A DNA stretch of 63,230 bases, counting the filler, from Welwitschia mirabilis (Eukaryota), in NCBI GenBank assembly GCA_051453625.1. It is 6 parts of one record of this genome, joined end to end, with 100 filler letters (N's around TTAATTAATTAA, not from the genome) between each part and the next. Parts side by side here need not be neighbours in the genome. Positions count along the whole stretch, not along the records: positions 1 to 22,487 come from JBOZIK010000001.1; positions 22,588 to 33,128 come from JBOZIK010000001.1; 4 more parts are not named here. One strand, given 5' to 3'. The notes beneath the pieces were generated by a model. That model made no database searches, was not told where the DNA came from, and was given only the letters and a program-made list of their open reading frames with translations. Positions 13,142 through 26,061 of this stretch are shown here, piece by piece; within the stretch, counting starts at the first letter, position 1, and every line of letters begins with the position of its first letter. Both the position numbers and the translations under genes were made by a program.

Positions 13142-14083
13142 TCACATGGAGCCCTGCGACCGCAGCACCCAGTGTTCGCCTCGCGGCTCCACTCTGAGCC
13201 CCCGGAGCTTCGCGAAGAGCTGCACTGCCCGGCGAACCCCGTGATTATCAAACTTCGTGTGATAATCGTGCCCAAAAATGACCGACCGCCCGCCGGGCGC
13301 CAAAAGCGCGTACGCCGCATTTATGTCTGACCACGCCGACAAAAAGTCATGTGCGGCATCGACCTCCACGAGGTCGCCGTAGATGCCCCACTCGCAAAGG
13401 GCGCGCAGCGCCGCCGTCGATGAAAACGGCACGGGCAGCACCGTGTCCGTCAGGTTTTCCGTCACGACGTTTTGCATGAACTGGTAAAGCAGAGTGTTGT
13501 CGCCGTTAACGTCGCGGATGGACTTGAACAGCTTGCGGCGGAAGCCGGGCCAGCCGCGGAAGTCGTCGACGCAGAGCACGCTGACGTTGAATCCGAGCCC
13601 GCGCGCCAGCGTGGCCATATGCAGTGCCGACGCGCCCAGGAACGTGCCGACTTCAATTATCACACGTGGCCGAACCTCGCGAATGAGGTCCGCGAACACC
13701 GCCGACGTGGAGCCCCAGCCCTTGACGCGCCGCCGCTGGAGCAGCCCGCGCACGTGCGGAGGAGGGAACTCGGAATAGGGCGACGTGCCGTTGAATATCT
13801 CGTCAATGAGCTTTTGGCGCACGTGGGCCGCGGACACTGGCGGCAGCCGGCAGGTTGCGTTGTAGGCAGCTAGCTGGCCGGTGTCCGCGGGGTTCGCGAG
13901 GCCGCACTCCAGTCCCCGCGGCAGCCGCGGCGGCGGCGGTGGCTGCTGCTGCTGCTGACACGGCGCTGAGGGGGTGCTGACTAGGAGCGGTGACGTGAGC
14001 ATGCCAATAATGTAGGCTATGGCGGTGAGGGCGGCTGTGGATGTGCAGGCTCTTCGCCTGCCGAATTGCCCTTCCATCTTCAT
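13142..14083 (-). CDS. Plant class I SAM-dependent methyltransferase (Methyltransf_24-like), predicted type II membrane protein, 313 aa from the first ATG
   Basis: Uninterrupted GC-rich ORF. SAM motif I IIEVGTFLGASA, plus VLCVDDFRGW, DLVEVDAAHDF and VIFGHDY. Hydrophobic N-terminal segment AALTAIAYIIGMLTSPLLV followed by a Q/P-rich stem. The ORF-track start at 14089 is TTG; the first ATG is at 14083. Confidence 0.93.
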   Translation of the reverse strand: MKMEGQFGRRRACTSTAALTAIAYIIGMLTSPLLVSTPSAPCQQQQQPPPPPRLPRGLECGLANPADTGQLAAYNATCRLPPVSAAHVRQKLIDEIFNGTSPYSEFPPPHVRGLLQRRRVKGWGSTSAVFADLIREVRPRVIIEVGTFLGASALHMATLARGLGFNVSVLCVDDFRGWPGFRRKLFKSIRDVNGDNTLLYQFMQNVVTENLTDTVLPVPFSSTAALRALCEWGIYGDLVEVDAAHDFLSAWSDINAAYALLAPGGRSVIFGHDYHTKFDNHGVRRAVQLFAKLRGLRVEPRGEHWVLRSQGSM

Positions 14084-14366
14084 CCGCAACGTTTCTCTCT
14101 CCGCCTTTTCTTTCTCTCTGTAATATCGTCCCTCGAGAAATTAAAATTACATTCTTTCAAAAAATAATAATATATGATAGTTGAGTTGAAACTTTATTGA
14201 TTATACCTCTCTTAAAACTATAGCGGCCAATATTGCCTCGACAGCCAATATCGTCTGAACAAATGATTTAATTACCCTCTACGTTCATATAGTATGTCAA
14301 TCACTTCATCTAAAAATTAAGTCTTCATAGTATATGAATCAAGTCTTCACAGATCCACCACATAAC

Positions 14367-14407
14367 CTCGTCCTCGTCCTCATCGTAAATAGAAAATGAG
14401 AATCCAT
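14367..14407 (-). CDS. Putative upstream coding exon of the methyltransferase (intron 14118-14366)
   Basis: ATG at 14407, donor AG|GTTATG at 14367/14366 and acceptor TTACAG at 14118. Splicing gives 75 nt in frame with the ATG at 14083: MDSHFLFTMRTRTREKEKAERETLR. Confidence 0.45.
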
Positions 14408-14524
14408 GAGTATCCCTTTAAGGATTTAATCGTTGAGAAAGATGGGTGGAACTGGCAATGGCAATGGCAATGGCAGGTGAAAGCAAGTATTGAGTATGGT
14501 GGGAAGGTTGTTCAGAGCGAAGGA

Positions 14525-14530
14525 TTTATA
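14525..14530 (-). promoter_or_regulatory. Putative TATA box of the methyltransferase gene
   Basis: TATAAA on the minus strand is followed by a pyrimidine-rich leader with a (TTGCCA)n microrepeat at 14454-14475. It lies within a CpG-retaining upstream region. Confidence 0.55.
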
Positions 14531-15349
14531 CGGGGAAAGGGTAGTGTGTATAAGCCGCATAGTATAGGATAAGATAGGTTAGTTGCTTTTTTAGTTTTTT
14601 TTTTTTTAATTTATATTGTTGGGTACTTCCTTACCCACCTGCGGTTGCTAGGACTTTGGGACCCTGCCTCCTCCGTGACTCCTGTTTCGCTATTGCTTCG
14701 CTTTTGGCTTTTCGCTTTTCGCTTTTGCTTTTCTTTTCTTGCAATTCATCTGTTTTCGTCATGCATGTGTGTGTGGGGGTACTCACGCGTCATCGTGAGG
14801 GTGGTGGTTGTTCAAAGTCCACACCACGTATTTTTCTTTTTCTTTTTATTTGTCATAACGCTGAAAAATCATAAATGTTATTTATTATAGAAAGATCATA
14901 AATGACCAATATATATTTTATTTGAGCAAAAATCATTTCTAACCATTAGCAAAAATTATAAGAATAAGATTAGGTGCTATTTTATTCTAATGGGAGAGTA
15001 ATGCTCCGATGGCATTATGGTTGTGAGTGTGCTTCGAAAAAAAATTCTTTTAACATTGCAAAAAATTCATAATGATCATTAGGATAATTCCTAAGACAAA
15101 GACATCATTATAAAATAATTTCAAAATCAAAAATAAAGTATCTATCAATTTTTAAATAAAAATTTTTAAATAAGATAAAAAGGTTTTAACAGATTACTTT
15201 AACTAAAATAAACTATTGTATTATATAACTTAATACCTTCTAAAATATGTTAGTTCAAACTTAACTGATAAAATATTTTTGTGAAAGATATGTAGGTCAT
15301 ATAATAAGATACCAATTTGATCATTGACACATTATGGGTTGAATCTCAT

Positions 15350-18118
15350 TTAAATGAAATATTGAGTAAAAAAGAAAAGGAGGAAATAAAAGCATGATAA
15401 CAAAAGATCACGTCCTATCATTTTAAAGTAATAGACCCTCATTAAATAAATATTGAACATATTCATCCCACTTTTAGCTTTATTATAACAATCTTTATTT
15501 TTTAGAAGTTGTGACAATGGGCAAGAAATAGATGTGGACTTTGTGAAAGAAGAGTGTGCAAAGGTCCAACTCAACGTTAGCCAAATCATGTGTCACATGA
15601 TATGCATGACGACAAAAAATGCACCCCAATAGTACCTTGGAAGGTTAGAAAATACAATGAAAGATGTAACAAAAGGTTCAAGATCCACCAAATCCCATTT
15701 AACCAATTAAATTCAATTCAACCCAATGAATGGGCCACTACACAGTCTAAGCCATTCAACATTCCCTAGCTTTTTTGTAAAATGAGATTCTCAAGATAAA
15801 TCTAGCTGTAAAGTTATAAGCACTTAAATCACACCGATCATTTTAATCTCATCTTAATCATAAAAATGTAATGATTATGTAATCACTTTTCAATATTTCA
15901 TGGGTTTTGCAAATAAGATAAAAAATGCCAAAAATTAAAGTGCTTAGACATAATTTATGTAAGAAAATACCTTAAGCAATTTGTATACAACCTTATGACC
16001 TTACTGTTAGTCTGAGAATTGTACGAAGATATTAAATGCCTTTTTATCATTGTGTTATTAAGGCAAAATGATGCATGAAGAACCATTTATTATTAGTTAG
16101 GAATTTTTACCGACTATTTATACAACCTTCTTTTTATAGTCTTACCTTTCATATAACTAATCACAACCTTTTTTTTAAATTTGCTGAAAGACTTTTATAA
16201 GAATAGAACTCATAAGCACAAAGTCATGGAAGCATTGCTCTACCATTTACTAATACATGTATCATTTGTACTAAGAGAACCTTCTATGTCTGCATTGTTA
16301 GGATAATCACAAAAACTACCTTTAAAGACAATTTGCAATTTTTTTTCTTAGCCAATAAATATCTGTGCTATCAATAACAATTGTATTTATAAATTACAAT
16401 TACCAAGACTACAAATCTCAATCTTTTTACAAATTCAATTTTCATTAATACAAAACCTTAAAATTAGCGCTGCATGAACACAATCGAAGCTACATTACAC
16501 TATAGATTTCTGGTTAACTACATTGACTAAATCATAATCAACAAGTTTATGAGCCACGAGCAAAGCAGGTTTTCCATGTAACAGCCAAATAACATAGTTA
16601 TGGTTATGAATTTGCATGGCTATTACCATTGGGAAACTCAAGGCCCTAAAATTGATCAGGATTTAAGGGTGGTGGGAGTAGGATTAATTATTGACTTGCC
16701 CAAAATTAGATGCTACATTATCCCGTTAATCATATGCTAGACTGAATATGGTAGTGGTACTAAGATTGACTCTAGTGGTGGTGCACTTTTGGGTTAATCT
16801 TTTGTTAATATGGTAACCTAGTAACCCCTGGTAAATGGATTCCTTAATGATATTGGAATAACCATGACTTAAACATATCCCAATTTTTCCTAACAAAACT
16901 CCATTGGAATACGTTCAAAAATAGGTGCTTTGCCTTTGGACATATTAAAACAAGCTTCTTTTAATTCTAGAAGAGTACTATTATCATCTTACATTATATT
17001 GAATCTTAGTAGTAATCATTAGAGAAGAAAATGAAAAGAGCTAGTCAAACTNNNNNNNNNNNNNNNNNNNNNNNNNNNNNNNNNNNNNNNNNNNNNNNNN
17101 NNNNNNNNNNNNNNNNNNNNNNNNNNNNNNNNNNNNNNNNNNNNNNNNNNNTTTAAATGAAATACCGAAAAAATAAAAGAAGGAGAAGGGAAGTGTGGCA
17201 ACGAAAGGTCACGTCCTGCCCTTTTAAACTTGAAATTAACAGACCCTCGTTAAAAAATATTGAACGTATTCATCCCACCCTCAACTTTATTATAACGATC
17301 TTTATTTTTCAGAAATATTTGTGGCTGTGACAAAGGCCAAGAAATAGATGTGGACTTTGTGAAAGGAGAGCGTGCAAAGGTCCAACTCAGCGTTAGCCAG
17401 ATCGTGCGTCACATGATATGCATGACGACAAAAAATGAACCCCAATAGTACCTTGGGAGGTTAGCAAATACAGTGAAAGATGTGACAAAAGGTCAAAGAT
17501 CCACCAAATTCCATTTAATCAATTAAATTCAATTCAACCCAATGGATGGGTCACTACACACTAAGCCATTCAACATGTCCTAGCTTTTTTGTGATATGAG
17601 ATTCCCAAGATAAATCCAGTTGTAAAGCTGTGAGCCTTTAAACCACACCCAACATTTTAATCTCATCTTAATCATAAAAATGTAATGATTATGTAATCGC
17701 TTTCCAATATTTCATGGGTTTTGCAAATAACATAAAAAATGTCAAAAATTGAAGTGCTTAGACATAATTTATGTAAGAAAATACCTTAAGCAATTTGTAT
17801 ACAACCTTGTGACCAATATCTTAGTCTGAGAATTGGACTAAGATATTAGATGCCTTTTTATCATTGTACTATCGAGGCAGAACGATGCATGCAGAACCCT
17901 TTATCGCGAGTTAGGTATTTGCATCGACTATCTACACAACCTTTTTGTTATAGTCTAACCTTCCATATAACCAATCACAACCTTTTTTTCAAAATTTGTT
18001 GAGAGACTTTTTTGAGAATCGAACTCACAACGACCAAGTCGTGGGAACAATGTTCTACAATTACTAATACATGTATCATTTGCATTGAGAAAAACTTCTA
18101 TGTCTACATTGTTAGGGT
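15350..18118 (+). repeat. About 0.95 kb direct duplication (15350-16302 and 17153-18118)
   Basis: Colinear alignment, e.g. aagaaatagatgtggactttgtgaaa and ataatttatgtaagaaaataccttaagcaatttgtatacaacc in both copies. Confidence 0.95.
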
Positions 18119-19899
18119 TTATTATGCATATCTTCACACAACCTAATAAGTGAAAGGGATGACCATAGAACGCTTGCCCTCTTGATTTCAAAAGGCTAAC
18201 TACGCATTACAACCCTTTACTCTTCTGCCTAACTTCAAGGGAATTCTTGGGTTTCTTTAGGCAACTCGAAGCATGTGAGAGTAAACGTTCTATGTCATGT
18301 GGATCTTTGATATCCATGTTCTTAAGATCTTTCTAACGTTCTTTTATATTAAGGTCCAACATTAAAGGATATTCAAGGGATATCTCTTTCAAAACAAACA
18401 AAGAGCATCTCTCTTGTTTTCTTGCTATTAGCTTTAACAAAGTACCAAGTTAAGGACTGTTAGAAAATGTATCAAAGCAAAAAATACCAACCAAGGAATG
18501 ATTAAAAGGTTTATTAAAGAATTCAAAGCATAGAAGATCCCAAAACTTTCGTGCATGTGAGAACAAATGGGGGACTTTGTCTTATAGCTAAGCCGTTAAT
18601 CATTATTCTTTAATAAGATTCTTCATGACGTGGAAGGAATATTCGGATAAGGAATCAAGTTAAAAGCATTATTGTACTACTATAATAGAATTTTAATCGG
18701 GAATGGGTAAAGTAATTCCATTGGGATTATGACCAACTTTATGCACGCAATAGCATAATTAACTTCTCTTTTTCATCTTCTTATTCATTAAAAGGAAAAG
18801 CCATGTGGTATCTTCACATGAATGCGTGACCCTAAATTAATTGTATTTAATTTTTTATTGTGTGAATCTCTAGAACCTTTCATAAAATAGGAAACCATCA
18901 CAACGTTTTCCCTACCTTTAACTCAAATTTTATATCACTTTCTTGTTTCCCACTCACCTTTAAAACATGCGAGTCATATCTAATTTTAATTATATATATA
19001 CCTATTTCAAAATTTTCATGGCACATTTAAAAGGTTTTACTGTATCTAAGTAATTTTTTAATGGGAAGATGTGAAATAATAACTATAGAAAACAATAAAT
19101 CTACAATAACTAGGTAATCTCAACCTAGAAATTGAAAGCATCTTGTTTTCAAGAATAAAGCTTGAAAGATTAAGGTGTTTGGAAAGTAAAAGATAGTAAA
19201 AATCAATATAGAAATAATAATATTCACAGTAATAGGAAATCAACAAAGCACTATAAGGGCTATCCATTGTAGTTTTTCATGCATACCAAGTGCAAAGATT
19301 AAAAATCAATGTTAGAATGCTTCTTCACTTATGCTCCTTTCAATAATTCGAATTTTGAAATAAAAACCAAAAATCATGAAGATATTTTATTCATAAAAGC
19401 GATTGTAAAAACCTCATGAAATGGTGTGAAAGGGTTTTGATTTTAACTTTAACTACAATGTTTAGTATCGTTTGTTGTAGAAATTTTAAAATAAGAATGA
19501 ATGACTACATATGAAAAGGAGTATAAGAAAGATTTAAAAAAACACCCAAATGCTAGAAGAATGTCAAATTTTGCTAAAATGAGAGGAATAATGCCTAGAT
19601 GCTAAAATACTAACAACCTATTAAAGAAAAAAGTTAGACAAAAGGAATAATTCTCAAATGGGATACGATGTGCTCTATCCATTTAGTCATTAAATTATAA
19701 AGGGCCTCCCCTTTCTTAGTTTGATATGAATGGGTTCCCATCCACATCAATTTGTTAAGCTCTAGATGCATCATTAGGCACTAAGAGTAAGCAATAAGAA
19801 GTGATTCAATTTACTTAGAAATAAAAGATCAGTAGATATTGATCATTTCTTATAAGTACTATAGTTAACAAATTGATATGAGTTGCTTAAAAGCAATCT

Positions 19900-21880
19900 C
19901 AATCAATGTGATACATGTCTACATTCGAGATCACCATACATTGCTACTAGGATGATAAGAATCAATTGGAGGCTTTCATTCTTATTATCCATTGTCAAAA
20001 ATCAATTTAGGAAGATGTAAACATCTATTAATCAACCTAAATTACACATTAGCCCTATTAGCCAAGCCTTGCAAAAAGTAATTGGGAGGACCATTGGAAA
20101 TCACCAAATAATGATGGGTAAAGAAATTAGGGCAGTTTGTAAACAAAATCATATTAACAAGAATCAATATTTAATGATCTAAATTGATATTAAAATAAAA
20201 ACTCTAAAAAATATCACGATATTGCTAATCAGTCACAGCTGGAGCAATTTATTTGAGGATCAGTAGATTATTATCTTATAATATCTAGAGAGAAGGATAT
20301 CTTAATCAAGAATCAATCACTGTTCTATTGAAATTTTAAGTAACACTTTTAGATATTTCATATTAAAAATGAAAATAAAAAATAATGCTCAAGAGGTTAA
20401 GTTAATATGGTAAAAGATGAAAGTTCATAGCTTTAAATCTTAATAAGTAAACAATAGAATGAAAAGAATGTTAAGTGGATATCCTTTTTAACCTTGAAAA
20501 TTATGGTCATAAAAAAATAACTGGGATTAAAGAGGTGTGATGTTTCATAAGGATATCACCTTGGGAAGAGACATGAAGCCCATGGACTTAGAAGTATAAA
20601 AAGAATTTTGCTTGGCAATTTAGTACTTGATGAGAAGAATTCAAAGGGATATTTAATCCAAAAAGAAATTAATTCCAATTCTAATCCTAAGTGGATGAAA
20701 GGCATTAGTGACTATTGTGAAGAAGATTTCTTAATAACAAAATTTCATTAGTGGTTGCTTATATGATAAATTGCTTAAGTAGCATACTTGTAATTTCTCA
20801 TAGCTATAATTCTGATTCAGATTTCAAATTTCTAATTGTAATCTAGTTTATACTCATTAATATGATTATTTCAAGTGAAAATTTAATTTATTTTTAAATT
20901 TATTATACTATAATTATTTGAATTTAAATTTTAGTTTACTTTTGTTTTGTTTATTTGATAAATAGTAATTGTATTTGAGATTAATACATACTTCATATTG
21001 GCATCAGAAGTAAATACAAGGGGAAGGTAAATTAATTACAATAGCAAAATTAATTTTTAAAGGGCATTTTTCATCTAAAATTAAAATACTTGAACAAATA
21101 GTGTAGGTAAAAAAAGAACAAGAGTAAGAAAGTGCAAGATATCTTGAGAAATTCAAGGCCTTGTGTTGCAAAATAGCCATAAGGGAATTCAATTTTGACA
21201 AATAAGGAAAGTCCTATATTTAGTATTGAAGATCTAAGTAATGATGAGAAGAATGATGAAGTTATCCTATCTATTCAAAATAATTAGCATGATAACAAAG
21301 AAAACGAAGTTGATGAAGATGATGTGTGAACCTCAGTTAAAGTCTATGGTAACAATAATAAACCATATCCCAAATCCATCTTAACAAGAATCCACTTATA
21401 TCATAATCAATAGAATATAATAGCACCCTTAATTAATGGATTGAAACAAGAAGAAAGCTAAAGGAAATTGTTCATATGACATCCATAAATAAATATTTGT
21501 TGGTAAAATATCCTATTTTTAAGTGCCTTTATAATGATGAGTGACCTCCTAAAATTTAAAGATGCTACAAAATGCACCCAATGATAGAAGGCCACGTTAT
21601 AAGTAATTAATTGAATCAATATGACAAAGATATGAATCCCAGTTCCTAAGCCTAAGGCAAAACTGTTAGAGGAACTAGGTGCATCTATAGAAATAAGGAT
21701 GATCTTGATAAGCCATTAATAAACATAAGACATTACTTCTTACATAAGGCATCTATAGAACTAAGGATGATCTTAACAAACCATAAATAAACACAAGGCA
21801 TTACTTGTTACATAAGGGTATGCTCAAAAAGATAGGACAGATTATGGAAAAACTTACGCTCTTATGGAAAGATTAGAAAG
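19900..21880 (+). mobile_element. Decayed Ty1/copia integrase-RT remnant
   Basis: RIHLYHNQ*NIIAP..TRRK linker. RT start at 21540-21880: PVPKPK..GT..IYRNKDD..LVT*GYAQKD..DYGKTYA..RLESV. The left boundary is approximate. Confidence 0.7.
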
Positions 21881-22260
21881 TGTTGATAGGATCAAGAAAC
21901 TGAGAGAGGAGGGGGGATATCTAATCATAGATTACATGTAAATAAATAATGAAATCAAGAATGTTCATATAAGAAATGAAAAATAGAATGTAAAACATAA
22001 AACAGAAACTAATGATTTAGAAGCACGTAGGATTTATAGGATTTATAGTGGTTCAGGAACTCTCCTACTCCACTCTCGATGATCAGCTTCTTCCAAGCTT
22101 GATCTTGGATCTTTGCTACTCCACAGGTTTTGCTAGGTTTACCTGTTAACTCTTACAAGCGGACTTTTACAAGCTAAATCTCAACCTTAACACCAGACTT
22201 TTGCAGGCTTAGTCTCAACCTCAGAAAGCAATAGATGTGATGTAATGCAGCCTTAGTAGT
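21881..22260 (-). mobile_element. Sirevirus-type LTR 3'-end fragment inserted in the copia RT
   Basis: The plus strand shows tg..aggatcaagaaac.gagagaggagggggg and ttatagtggttcagg...ctactccac, motifs I recognise from SIRE LTR ends. Similar to 5475-5630. Confidence 0.6.
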
Positions 22261-22531
22261 TCAAATATCACACATTTAATTTGGCTGAGAGGCCATCCCC
22301 AGCCACTGAATTGTCCGGGATGGCGTTACTCATTTTTTTTAATATTTTTAATTCATAAAAAATGGTTTTTAGTGGGTACACAATATGTAATTTAATATAT
22401 AAACTATTATGTTTTTGATGGGTACACAATTCGGTGTAAACGTAAACCACAATAAAACATGTGAGGGACCTTTTTTTAAAATAATTTNNNNNNNNNNNNN
22501 NNNNNNNNNNNNNNNNNNNNNNNNNNNNNNN

Positions 22532-22543
22532 TTAATTAATTAA
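22532..22543. other. Artificial scaffold linker TTAATTAATTAA (also at 33173, 49279, 53697 and 56077)
   Basis: An identical all-frame-stop palindrome centred in 44N+12+44N spacers. Confidence 0.97.
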
Positions 22544-22587
22544 NNNNNNNNNNNNNNNNNNNNNNNNNNNNNNNNNNNNNNNNNNNN

Positions 22588-24359
22588 TGGTAAATTTTTC
22601 ATGTGGTGGAGATTTGTTTAATTTAACCTTAGATAATGTTTGAAATTTATTAGAAGACCTTATAGAAAGAAGTGAAAATTGGCCAAAAACTACATGTAAA
22701 GACACTAGAATTATAGGTGAAATTCTTAGAGACTCAAAAAAAGTGCAATATGAAGAAGAATAACCAAAGGTTAACAACATATTTAGTGATCTCACTAGCA
22801 CATTGGAGAGATACATAAAATCTTTAACTAATGAAAAATTGCTAAATCAACTCAGCCATTATGAAATATGTGATGAAAACTATCACTCTATCAAGGAATG
22901 CCTTGCTTTACCAACTTGTATCAAGGCTATATTCAATGAATTTTATGCATTTAATCAATGGCCAAACAACTTTGGAGGTAACCAACAATATCCACCAAGA
23001 AATAAAAAATCTTCCAACATCTTTTCAACCTTCATTTGATAACAAATACAAAAGTCATAACTCTCAGCCAAATTTTTTCAACTACAATAAAAATGATCCT
23101 TATAGAGAAATGNNNNNNNNNNAAAATTATAATAAAAACTCAGAAAATTTGATTGACCTTCTTTGACAAAACATGCTAGGCAATCAAAGACCTCAAGAAT
23201 CACTTACCATTCAAACTATTCTACACCCAAAAGATGTAAAGAAAGATTAGAAAGTAGTAACCAGAAGTGGACATGATACTACCCCTCCTAAAGAACCTTC
23301 AACTTCTATCTACAAAGAAAAAGGAAAAACCTCAAGAAGATGATATTGAAATTCTTTATCAACTGAATTTTCTTAATTCAACAATAACAACTAACATTCC
23401 AAGGAGAAGACTACCCCATGATTGGAAAGATTAAACAATAATCTAACTTATGATGAATGTTTGAAAGCAATTATGAATGATGTTACTTCTAACCTGTCCT
23501 TTTCAAAGATCCNNNNNNNNNNNNNNNNNNNNNNNNNNNNNNNNNNNNNNNNNNNNNNNNNNNNNNNNNNNNNNNNNNNNNNNNNNNNNNNNNNNNNNNN
23601 NNNNNNNNNNNNACCAACTTGTATAAAGACTATATTCAATGAAGTTGATGCATTTAATCAAAGACCAAAACACTTTGGAGGAAACCAACAATATCCACTA
23701 AGAAATAATAAAACTTCAACATCTTGTCAACCTTCATTTGACAACAAATACAAAAGTCATAACTCTCAGCCCACTTTTTCCAACTACAATAAAAATAATC
23801 CTAACAGAGAAATGATGAAGAAACTCAAAAAGACATAAGATACCATCAATGAAATATTAGAAAATTATAATAAAAACTCAGAAAATTTGATTGGCCTTCT
23901 TTGACAAAACATGCTAAGTAATCAAAAACCTCAAGAATCACTTACCATTCAAACTATTCCACACCCAAAAGATGTAAAAAAAGATTAGAAAGTAGTAATC
24001 AGAAGTGGACATGATACTACTCCTCCTAAATAACCTTCAACTTCTATCCATAAAGAAAAAAGAAAAACCTCAAGAAGATGATATTAAAATTCTTGATCAA
24101 CTGAATTTTCCTAATTCAACAATAACAACCAACATTCCAAGGAGAAGACTACCCCATTATTGGAAAGATTAAATAATAATTCAACTTATGATGAATGTTT
24201 GAAAGCAATTATGAATGATGTTACTTCTAACCTGTCCTTTTTAAAGATCCTTCAAGACAACCACAAGTACAATAAAATTTGAAAGGACTTAGTAAAAAGA
24301 AAATAAAAGAGAGTAACCCCAAATAAAGTATTCATTGCACAATCTCTTTCCAACTTAGT
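22588..24359 (+). mobile_element. Athila-like gypsy gag (C-terminal part), same family as 6884-8680
   Basis: SCGGDLFNLTLDNV*NLLEDL, knuckle-like YEICDENYHSIKEC, KVVTRSG and SNLSFLKILQDNHKYNKI*KDL. 22911-23512 is repeated at 23613-24250 across a gap. Confidence 0.85.
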
Positions 24360-26061
24360 NNNNNNNNNNNNNNNNNNNNNNNNNNNNNNNNNNNNNNNNN
24401 NNNNNNNNNNNNNNNNNNNNNNNNNNNNNNNNNNNNNNNNNNNNNNNNNNNNNNNNNNNCAAATCCATGATGAATACTAAAAAACAGAAAGAACAGGGTT
24501 AATAAGTTATGAGCTGAAGTCAAATTCCAAAGGGATCTTGTTTACATTCACTACTTAAAAAATAATCTATCCAACACATAAAGAAAACTCATTAGAAAAA
24601 CTCAAAGAAAAAAAAAATTGAAGACAATGGTATAGCCACCTGAAAAGGGATCTTGCTCTTATTCACAAGTTCAAATTCTCTATCCAAGTCACAATGTAAA
24701 TAAAATTAAAAAAAAAGAGGTCAAGACAAAGAGGCATAATTATAACAAAAAGGAATCAATCCAAAAAATTTGAGTAATCTATTCAAACCACAATTTATGA
24801 CAATAAAAAAAAAAATCCCCCCTAAATCATGCAAAACCTACATGCACAAGAACAAATAAGGAAAATTGTTAAAGAGGTCTTAATGTGAGCGATGTATGTT
24901 TTAATGTAAAGGGTCATAATTTGCTTATTATATGATAAAAATGCAAATTTGTTAGTTTTAAAGTCTGCTCTCAAATCTAAGTAGTGATCATGTCCTCTCT
25001 AAGGGTAGTATCCTTGTTTCCTAAGGGAGTAAAAGGACAAAAATGTAAATCACCTCGATAGGGCTTCTAAGTTGTTAACCAGTTCCAGTTACCTCAGCTA
25101 TACACCCCCTTAAGAAAGAGTACCATCTAATTTCAGTGATCTAGTTATACCTTAGAAATAGTAAATTTTAAAATTAAGTATACTTATGACTTTTATCAAG
25201 TTGGGGATGAAATCCAAGTAGATTTTACCACTATGCCTTTGGCCTTCATCTAATGTATCCTTGACTATCAACGCATATGAGGGAATCTGGACCTCAAGGC
25301 ACCCAAGACATTTCTACTTAAAAGAGACATGACTCTATGTATGGCCCAAACTTGAAAGTTAAGATAGTTAAGACTACATAACAAGCTCAGAAAATAGTGT
25401 AGCCTTACTTGGATCTCTATCTATATAAGGTCCTCAATTCTTGCCACCAATTAAAACTTATAAAAGGAGATGTGTTTAGGAGTGAAAGTAATTCCAATTT
25501 TAACCTTAATCACAAAAAATTAAAATTTTAGTGTGAGAAAGAAAAAAGGAAAAGAAACTTGGAAAAAACACATGAGGATAGGGTTTGATCAGGAATACTT
25601 AAACTAAGTGAATCTTGCTCAACATCCCAAACTTATCTTAAGATATCCAAATCAAGGAAAAAAAATTTCCAAAGTGAGAGAAAAATCAAATCAAGTGGAT
25701 CTTGCTCCACATCCCAAACTTAACTTGATGAGAGAAAACATAAGGTTAAGGGCTCACAATTAGTAAAAACATATGCCCTAAAATCTTAAAATGTATAAAA
25801 AATATACTTAAAAAACTAAGTTAAGGGCTTATAAGTTTGAAAAATTACTCAAAAAACTTAAGAAAATTTTAAAAATAGCCTAAAATAGTAAAAAATCTAA
25901 AACTGCCAATGTGGATAGAATAGGGCTAATGGCTAAGAAATGGCTCAGCTAAATGCATGTGTGCAAAGATAGGCAATGTTTAAACAATGGCTAAGAAATT
26001 TTACATGTGTTCAAGATTAGGAAATACTCATCACAAATTAAAAAAAAAAAAAAAAAAACTT

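Noticed and set aside
13102-13873. Overlapping ORFs 13102-13320, 13462-13656, 13472-13873 and 13494-13778
   Set aside because: Shadow ORFs caused by high GC in the methyltransferase CDS.
13142-14083. Bacterial contamination or recent horizontal transfer suggested by high GC
   Set aside because: It has a plant-style TM/stem N-terminus, TATA and intron-like signals, and is gap-free with plant flanks.
18110-18361. Short solo LTR TGTTAGG...CCAACA
   Set aside because: No matching 5-bp TSD, and TGTTAGG is also present in the other duplicate copy.
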